Source: Nitrospinales bacterium (GTDB lineage Bacteria; Nitrospinota; Nitrospinia; Nitrospinales; VA-1). Taken from it: a stretch of 64,000 nt of DNA. The notes under the pieces were generated by a model, which did not search any database, had not been told where the DNA came from, and saw only the letters and a program-made list of their open reading frames with translations. This document shows, piece by piece, positions 57,585-64,000 of the stretch (positions are counted from its first letter, which is position 1; every line of letters begins with the position of its first letter). The position numbers and the translations under genes were made by a program. The stretch lies in NCBI GenBank assembly GCA_965223345.1, contig CBDCWG010000012.1, positions 1,088,001-1,152,000 on the forward strand, written 5' to 3'.

Positions 57585-60161
57585 TCACGCGCCCAGGCTG
57601 CGCAGGGTGCGGATGGGTTTGTTTTTCAAAACATCGAGACTGCTCAGGATGCCGGTGAGCGTGGTGCCGAGCACGGTCAGCACGATCGCCCAAAGCAGGA
57701 CGCCGGGGTAGGGGTGCCAGCTCGCCTTGACCAGGTATTTCATCACCGCCCAGGACAGGGCGGCGGAAAGCCCGACTCCAAGCAGGCCCGCGACCGCGCC
57801 CAGCGTGGCGTATTCGATGCCGAGAATCCGCGCCACTTTTCCGCGGCGCGCGCCCAGGATCTTGAGCACGGCGGATTCTTTCATCCGCCTGAATTTGGTG
57901 GAGGCGACGGAGCCCGACAGGATGAACAGGCCGGCGAGGATGCTGAAGCCGGACATGAAATCGACCAGGGTCTTGAGTTTTTCCACCACCGTTTCGACGG
58001 TGTTGACGATGTCGCTGGTGGAAAGCACGGTGACGTTGGGCAGCGCATCGACCACCGCCTGCTGCAGCGCGATTTCCTTGTCATCCGGCACGTGCACGGT
58101 AGCCACATACGTCACCGGTGCGCCCGCCAGCGCGCCCGGTGAAAAGATCATGTAAAAATTGGTGCGCATGTTGCGCCAGTTGACCTTGCGGATGCTGGTC
58201 ACCGGCGCCGAGACCTGGATGCCCTGGATGTCCATGGTGAGCGTGGAGCCCAGCGTCACGCCCAGCCGGCGCGCCGCGTCCTCTTCCAGCGAAACCTGCG
58301 GCACGGACGCTTCCGCCTCGCTCCACCACGTGCCCTTGACGATCGTGTTATCCTTCGGTGGCGAGCCCTCCATATAGGTGAGCACGAAGTTGCGGTTGAT
58401 GAACCATTCCTCCTGTTGCTGGTTTTTATACTGCCAGTTGGCGGCTGTTCTGCCGTCGGCGCTGTGCAGCTTCGATCGCACCAGCGGCACCACGTCCCGC
58501 TTGGCCTCCGGCGACACGCTGTCGATGATTGCGATGAACCGGTCCTTCTGGTCGGACTGGATGTCGATGAAAAAATAATTGGGCGGGTCGATCTCGGTGT
58601 TGGATTTCAACATCGCCAGCATGTCCATCTGCACCAGACGCACCGTGAGCACCAGCATGATGCCCATGCCGATGCAGGTGATGATGGACACGGCCTGGTT
58701 GTTGGGCCGGTACAGGTTGGCGATGCCGTAGCGCTGCGTCATGCTGCGCGCCGGCGGCAGTTTTTTCAGCCCTTTTAAAAGCAGCGCCGACACGAAGCGC
58801 AGGATCAGCGCCGACACGGCGAGGGCGCAAAGAAACACCGCGCCGCGTTTGAGCGAACCCGCCTGCCAGAAAATCATCGCCGACAACCCGGCCAGCATGA
58901 ACGCGCCCATCCACAACCGTTCCCTGCGCGAGCCTGCGGACAGTTCCTCTTCTTCGAAATTGCGCCGGAACAGACGCAACGGCCGGGTCTGCACCGCTTT
59001 TCTCAACGGCCAGAGACAGAACAGCAGCGTCGTGACCATGCCCAGGGTCAGGGACTGCAACGCGGGAAGCCAGTAGAACTGCGGCTGAATGTCCACGTTC
59101 AGCAGCCCCGCCAGTTGCGTCGGCAAAAGATACATCACCGCGTAACCGATTCCCAGGCCGAGCAGGCTGCCGATGAAGCCGAGAAACAGCGACTGGATGA
59201 GGTACACGCGGAACACGGTGGAAGATGACGCGCCGACGCAGTTGAGGATAGCGATGGTGTCCAGCTTGCCCGCCATGAAGGTGCGGATGATCATGGCGAC
59301 GCCGATGCCGCCCATGATCAGCGCGATGACGCCGACCGCGCCGAGATACTGGCCGATGCGCTCGATGGAGTCGTTGAGCGAAGACTGCACGTCTTTGTAG
59401 CTGCGCACCCGCAGCGATTTGTCGGTGAGGCCGCGTTTCAAAATCGCCATCCCCAACTCGAGTTCCATGTCGTCGGGCAGTTTGATCAGCGTCTGGTGGC
59501 GCACGCGGCTGCCGGGGCGGATCAGCTTGGCGGCCTTCAGGGTGGCGCGGGATATGAAGATGCGCGGCCCGATGCTGAACGCCCTCGAGATGCGGTCCGG
59601 TTCGGATTTCACGGTGGCGTTGATGGTGACGGTTTGATCGCCGACGCGAAACGTGTCGCCGATGGCAAGTCCCGTGCGCAGCAGGAAACCCGGTTCGACG
59701 ACGGCGCCGTTGTTCGCCAGCAGCGCACTCAACGGAGCGGCGGGCCGGGTCTCCAGCTCCCCGTACAACGGATACAGGGGCGGTGCGGTGGGCACGGATT
59801 TGAGTTCCACCAGCAGCGAGCTTTCCTTGCCCGCTTCGGTCGGGTGGGCGTAGCGCGCCATCGCGTCCAGCACCTTGACGAACACGAACTGCGTTTCGGG
59901 AGGCAGCGCCTCTTTTTGATATTGGAGGTCCTTCTCGTTCTGCTCCCAGCTTCCCTTGATGGCGATGTCGGCGGCGAGCAGGCTTTTCGATTGTTTGCTG
60001 ACGGTGTGGTCCAGAAGCGCCGAGAGGCTTTGGATCAGCATCACCGCGCCGACGCCGATGGCGATGCACAGGATGAAAAACGCGAACCGCCGCCAGGCTC
60101 CGCGAAATTCGGAGAGCACCAGGGCGAGGGTTTGCGATGCGCTGAGTTGAGAGGGTTTCAT
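57585..60161 (-). CDS. YbbP-like ABC permease (FtsX family)
   Basis: Two-repeat FtsX/MacB-type architecture, PPNYFFIDIQ and RKVNW....NF motifs; follows the ATPase gene. Confidence 0.88.
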   Translation of the reverse strand: MKPSQLSASQTLALVLSEFRGAWRRFAFFILCIAIGVGAVMLIQSLSALLDHTVSKQSKSLLAADIAIKGSWEQNEKDLQYQKEALPPETQFVFVKVLDAMARYAHPTEAGKESSLLVELKSVPTAPPLYPLYGELETRPAAPLSALLANNGAVVEPGFLLRTGLAIGDTFRVGDQTVTINATVKSEPDRISRAFSIGPRIFISRATLKAAKLIRPGSRVRHQTLIKLPDDMELELGMAILKRGLTDKSLRVRSYKDVQSSLNDSIERIGQYLGAVGVIALIMGGIGVAMIIRTFMAGKLDTIAILNCVGASSSTVFRVYLIQSLFLGFIGSLLGLGIGYAVMYLLPTQLAGLLNVDIQPQFYWLPALQSLTLGMVTTLLFCLWPLRKAVQTRPLRLFRRNFEEEELSAGSRRERLWMGAFMLAGLSAMIFWQAGSLKRGAVFLCALAVSALILRFVSALLLKGLKKLPPARSMTQRYGIANLYRPNNQAVSIITCIGMGIMLVLTVRLVQMDMLAMLKSNTEIDPPNYFFIDIQSDQKDRFIAIIDSVSPEAKRDVVPLVRSKLHSADGRTAANWQYKNQQQEEWFINRNFVLTYMEGSPPKDNTIVKGTWWSEAEASVPQVSLEEDAARRLGVTLGSTLTMDIQGIQVSAPVTSIRKVNWRNMRTNFYMIFSPGALAGAPVTYVATVHVPDDKEIALQQAVVDALPNVTVLSTSDIVNTVETVVEKLKTLVDFMSGFSILAGLFILSGSVASTKFRRMKESAVLKILGARRGKVARILGIEYATLGAVAGLLGVGLSAALSWAVMKYLVKASWHPYPGVLLWAIVLTVLGTTLTGILSSLDVLKNKPIRTLRSLGA

Positions 60162-60177
60162 GATCTCTTTCGATGTG

Positions 60178-60864
60178 TCAGGAAGACACCGGCTCCGGCT
60201 TGCTGTCGCCGACGATGGCGCCGTCTTCCAGTGTCAGGATGCGCTGCGATTTGGCGGCGATCTCCGGCTCGTGCGTGACGAGCAGGATGGTCGCGCGTTT
60301 CACGCGGTGCAGTTCCTGAATCAGTTCGAGGATGTGGCCGCTGTTTTTCGAATCCAGGTTGCCCGTCGGTTCGTCGGCGAGCACGATCTCCGGTTCGTTG
60401 ACGAACGCGCGCGCCAGGCACAGCCGCTGCTGTTCGCCGCCGGAAAGCTGGGCGGGGTAGTGGTCCAGCCGCCCGGAGAGGCCGACCATGCCCAAAAGGT
60501 CCTCGGATTTTTTGCGCGGCGACGGGGCGTCGTTGAGCTCGGCGGCCAGGATCACGTTTTCCACCGCGGTCAGCGTCGGGATGAGGTGGAAGTTTTGAAA
60601 GATGAAACCGAAGCGCCGGCCGCGCAGCGAGGCCAGTGCATCCTCATCCAGTTTCGTGATATCCTGATCGTCGATCACGATACTGCCGCTGGTGGGGACG
60701 TCCAGCCCGGCGACCAGGCTCAGCAGGGTGGTTTTGCCGCTGCCGGAGGGGCCGGTGATGGCCACGAACTGGCCGCTGGGGATGGTGAGGTCGATGCCGT
60801 TCAAGATGTCCACACGGTGGCCTCCACCGTGCAGGCTTTTTTTCAACTGACGGATCTGGATCAC
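60178..60864 (-). CDS. YbbA/LolD-like ABC ATPase
   Basis: [16 protein letters not shown] and ADEPTGNLD motifs. Confidence 0.92.
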   Translation of the reverse strand: MIQIRQLKKSLHGGGHRVDILNGIDLTIPSGQFVAITGPSGSGKTTLLSLVAGLDVPTSGSIVIDDQDITKLDEDALASLRGRRFGFIFQNFHLIPTLTAVENVILAAELNDAPSPRKKSEDLLGMVGLSGRLDHYPAQLSGGEQQRLCLARAFVNEPEIVLADEPTGNLDSKNSGHILELIQELHRVKRATILLVTHEPEIAAKSQRILTLEDGAIVGDSKPEPVSS

Positions 60865-60927
60865 GGAACGTTTCCTTTTTGAGCGTGCGTTTTGTTTTGC
60901 GGGTTCATTCCATTTTAGTATAAAACA

Positions 60928-61593
60928 ATGCGGGATCGTTTATTCAGTTTAGCACGGAGCGCCCGCGCGGCGGCAACCGCGGCGGCCCTGGGATTGTTGT
61001 TGCCGCTGTTTCTGTTCGTTGCGCAATTATCGGGAGAGGGACCCCCTGTGATCCTGGCCTTTGGCGACAGCCTGACCGCGGGGTTTGGCGTGCCGGAAAA
61101 AGAGAATTACCCTTCGCGGCTGCAAGCCATGCTTAAAGAGCAGGGATACCCGCACCGCGTGGTCAACGCGGGGGTGAGCGGCGACACCACGGCGGGTGGC
61201 GTGCGCCGGATCAACTGGGTTTTGAAGCACAAGCCGCAGATCGTGATCCTCGCTCTGGGCGCCAACGACGGGCTGCGCGGACTTCCGGTTGCCGAAATGC
61301 GGGCCAACCTGCAAGCGATCATCGACGCCTGTGTGGCGCAGGGGGCGCGGGTGCTGCTGGCGGGCATGAAGGTGCCGCCCAATTACGGCGAGCAGTATTC
61401 GGAGGAGTTCGAAGCGGTGTTTGAGCGGCTCGCCGAAGAGAACGACCTGACGTTCCTGCCGTTTTTGCTGGAAGGGATCGCCGCCAAGCGGGAATACACG
61501 CAGGCGGACGGCATCCATCCCGAGGGCGCGGGGTACGCGGTGGTGGCGACCCAGGTCTGGGATCATCTGCAACCGATGCTGAAACCTTCCTGA
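60928..61593 (+). CDS. tesA: SGNH/GDSL arylesterase (acyl-CoA thioesterase I)
   Basis: GDSLTAG, NAGVSGDTT, LGANDGLRG and DGIHP motifs; divergent from ybbAP-like genes. Confidence 0.9.
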   Translation: MRDRLFSLARSARAAATAAALGLLLPLFLFVAQLSGEGPPVILAFGDSLTAGFGVPEKENYPSRLQAMLKEQGYPHRVVNAGVSGDTTAGGVRRINWVLKHKPQIVILALGANDGLRGLPVAEMRANLQAIIDACVAQGARVLLAGMKVPPNYGEQYSEEFEAVFERLAEENDLTFLPFLLEGIAAKREYTQADGIHPEGAGYAVVATQVWDHLQPMLKPS

Positions 61594-61594
61594 A

Positions 61595-62695
61595 TCACCG
61601 GCTTTCCTGCACGAAATCCATCCACTGAGCGTGCGCCCTGCCGCTCTGCAAAACCCGTTCGGCGGATTCGAAGCCGGAAGCGAAACTTTGCGTCAGTCCC
61701 AAAAGATGCAACAGGCTTCCCGCATGGTGTGCGATCAGAGGCGCGGCGGGTCCCTGGTTTTCTTTGAGCGCGGTTTCTCCCAGCTCCGCCAGCAGGCCGA
61801 GCGAAAGCGTCGTGTCTTTCAACTCTGCGTACGCTGCGGCGACGGCGGGGGTTTCCGGATACAGGCCGCGCAGTGTGATTTTCATCGTGCGCGGTTTTTC
61901 TCCCGCCCGATCGAGGTGAATCTGCGCGTCCTTGTGCACGCCGTACAACGTGGTGCCTTCCATGCCGTTTCCCAGCACCGTGGCGTCGAACCCGCTGATC
62001 CTGGCCACCGCCAGCATGGGGACCTCATAGCCTTTGTGGAAATAGCCCGACGCGAGAAAATTGCCACCGGCGGCGGCCTCGATGGGAAACAGCATCTTCT
62101 CGAGCGTCGCCAGGATGGGGCGCTTGACGATCTCTTCGCGCAAGCTGCGCAAGCTCTCGAGTTGGGGATGGGTGTGGCGCGTGCTGAAAAAACCGAAGCG
62201 GAATTTTTTCAGCAGTTGCAGCCGTGTTTCCAGCCCCAGGTCTTCGGGCATTCCGTAGTGAGCGGTGAGGATCTTTTCGAAGGTGATGCCGGATTTGGGT
62301 GGCAGCGGCGCGCTCGAATGCCCGTAGGCGGGCAGGCCCAACCCGGCCAGAACGGGAAAGACGTACAGGCCGAAATAGGGAACCCGGTTGAAGCCGTCGA
62401 ACGGGTCGGAAATCTGCAGCAGGCGCTCGAACGGCGCCGGATGCCGGACGGTGGTTTTATCGAGCGCCCTCCAGAAACCCAGCGTCTCGGCGACGGTTTC
62501 CCGCTTCATCCGCTGGGCGATCAGAAAGGCGGCCGCCTGGGCGGGCGAGACCGAGCCCCCCAGGATCAGGCTGAGGGCGTCTTCGGCCTGATTTTCGGTG
62601 AGATCCTTGCTCATCCGGGGGCCTGCGGCCACCCGGCCGATGTATCCTTTCATCCGGTCCCGGCCGGTGGGAGCGGGGGGGTTTTGCGAGTCCAT
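61595..62695 (-). CDS. Anthranilate-phosphoribosyltransferase-like (YbiB-type) protein
   Basis: SKDLT, AFLIAQRMKRET, DPFDGFNR, REEIVKRP..ATLE; lacks the TrpD GTGG motif; start uncertain. Confidence 0.75.
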   Translation of the reverse strand: MDSQNPPAPTGRDRMKGYIGRVAAGPRMSKDLTENQAEDALSLILGGSVSPAQAAAFLIAQRMKRETVAETLGFWRALDKTTVRHPAPFERLLQISDPFDGFNRVPYFGLYVFPVLAGLGLPAYGHSSAPLPPKSGITFEKILTAHYGMPEDLGLETRLQLLKKFRFGFFSTRHTHPQLESLRSLREEIVKRPILATLEKMLFPIEAAAGGNFLASGYFHKGYEVPMLAVARISGFDATVLGNGMEGTTLYGVHKDAQIHLDRAGEKPRTMKITLRGLYPETPAVAAAYAELKDTTLSLGLLAELGETALKENQGPAAPLIAHHAGSLLHLLGLTQSFASGFESAERVLQSGRAHAQWMDFVQESR

Positions 62696-62841
62696 AGTCA
62701 GTGAATCGTGGTTCCTTGCCATGAATTGGGGTATCATGGCATTCTGCACCATTTTCTGAAGGATGCGGGTTTTATTTGATCATCCGCAGGGCCCGCTGTT
62801 GTGCCCGGAAACGCGCCCTGCAAACGAAACGATTCCGCCAT

Positions 62842-64000
62842 TTGAACACGAGCCTGAAATCCGACCCGACGGCGTCTGTTGAACTTGCGCAACCGGTGCG
62901 TCCGGTGAACGTGCTGCTGGTCTATCCGCACACCACGGACGTGGCGCTGGCCAACCTCGGCTTTCAGCGCGTGCACACGCTGCTCAACGACATCGAAGGG
63001 GTGGTGTGCGACCGCTTCAGCCTGCCGCCGGGCTGGGACCCAGCGATGACGTCGATGCCGCCGGATGCGCTGCGGTCGCACGAACGCCGCATGCGCCCGC
63101 AGGATTTCGACATGATCGCGTTCTCCGTCTCGTTCGAGCCGGATTACCTGCACGTCGCGGCGATCCTCAAGTATTTTAACATTCCCCTCGAACGCAATGC
63201 GCGCACATCGAAGTCTCCGCTCCTCCTGGCGGGCGGGTCGGCGATTTTCATCAACCCGGAACCGCTGGCCGAGATCGTCGATGCGTTTTTCGTCGGCGAA
63301 GGCGAAGGCCTAGCGGAAGCGTTTTTCAATCTGTACACGGGCTCCGATTGGCGGGACCCGCGCGATCTGTTGCGGCGGGCCGCCGGCATCCCCGGCATGT
63401 ATGTGCCGCAGTTCTACCGGCCGCATTCCAATGGGGGCGCGTTTGCCGGTTACACGGCGGAACCGGGCGTTCCGCAGCGGGTGATGCGGCACTGGACCGA
63501 GAAAGCTGGAGATCTGTGCACGCATTCCACGGTGCACGATCCGGTCTCCACGTTCAAGGACATGGCGCTGATGGAGGTCACGCGCGGGTGCATCTGGGCT
63601 TGTCGCTTCTGCACGGCGGGCTTCATCTACCGGCCGCCGCGGGTTCCGGACCTCGACGCCACCTACCAGGCGCTGGAGCGCGTTCTGGATCAGCAGAACA
63701 GCACGATCTCCACGGTGGGACTGGTGGGGCCGTCGGTCACCGATCATCCGGACCTGATGCCGCTGGCGAAGCGCATCATGGACCAGGGCAGGACGCTCTC
63801 GTTTTCCTCGCTGCGCATGGAAACCCTGACCGACGAGCTGGTGGATCTCATCGTGCGAAGCGGCCAGAAAACCCTGACGGTGGCGGTGGACGGGCCTTCC
63901 GAGCGCATGCGCAACGTCATCAACAAGGCGGCGACGGATGCGTTCATCGTCGAGAAATGCCGGTTCCTCGCCGAGAAAGGCATCCTGCATCTGAAGATCT
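62842..64000 (+). CDS. Radical SAM protein, 3' end truncated by the window edge
   Basis: Manual translation: LVYPHTTDVALANLGFQ, FSVSFE.DY, NPEPLA, GEGE, EVTRGCIWACRFC; open to the window end, so not in the ORF track; start approximate. Confidence 0.88.
   Translation, partial: MNTSLKSDPTASVELAQPVRPVNVLLVYPHTTDVALANLGFQRVHTLLNDIEGVVCDRFSLPPGWDPAMTSMPPDALRSHERRMRPQDFDMIAFSVSFEPDYLHVAAILKYFNIPLERNARTSKSPLLLAGGSAIFINPEPLAEIVDAFFVGEGEGLAEAFFNLYTGSDWRDPRDLLRRAAGIPGMYVPQFYRPHSNGGAFAGYTAEPGVPQRVMRHWTEKAGDLCTHSTVHDPVSTFKDMALMEVTRGCIWACRFCTAGFIYRPPRVPDLDATYQALERVLDQQNSTISTVGLVGPSVTDHPDLMPLAKRIMDQGRTLSFSSLRMETLTDELVDLIVRSGQKTLTVAVDGPSERMRNVINKAATDAFIVEKCRFLAEKGILHLKI

Noticed and set aside
57585..61593. 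ybbP-ybbA / tesA divergent module as a novel system
   Set aside because: Widespread, well-known gene arrangement.
61595..62695. trpD assignment
   Set aside because: Lacks the GTGG PRPP-binding signature and trp context; treated as a TrpD-like paralog.

Overview
GC-rich (~60%) bacterial chromosomal window with about 55 genes. Gene content (several FGE/SUMF1-domain, NHL, ankyrin and multiheme proteins) is suggestive of a Nitrospina-like organism, but this is inference only. In order: two paralogous secreted multiheme c-type cytochromes (the first truncated by the window edge and missing from the ORF track); an Hpt protein; a glgX-treZ-treY-treT trehalose cluster; SnoaL-like and NHL-repeat proteins divergent from two tandem B12-binding radical SAM paralogs; a ~29-repeat secreted ankyrin protein behind a sigma54 promoter; a cupin; dapF-dapA-dapB; a periplasmic redox region (Tat Mo-oxidoreductase, FGE-like lipoprotein, FGE-CcdA fusion, TlpA, NfuA, ferredoxins, JAB protease); PilZ-GAF/GGDEF-mreB; tRNA-Val and tRNA-Asp; an orphan histidine kinase; an SprA-like protein; phoBR; modABC plus an OprO/P-type porin under tandem ModE-like boxes; porin-pstSCAB-phoU with CTAAY tandem (Pho-box-like) repeats; a Cys-rich secreted protein; FGE-msrP-DUF1566; ybbP-ybbA/tesA; a TrpD-like protein; and a truncated radical SAM gene. 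I saw no mobile element, CRISPR array or rRNA. The strongest candidates for undescribed biology are (i) MsrQ-less MsrP-type Mo enzymes paired twice with non-catalytic FGE-domain proteins, alongside an FGE-CcdA fusion and thioredoxin, and (ii) a candidate molybdate porin in a ModE-box-controlled mod operon.
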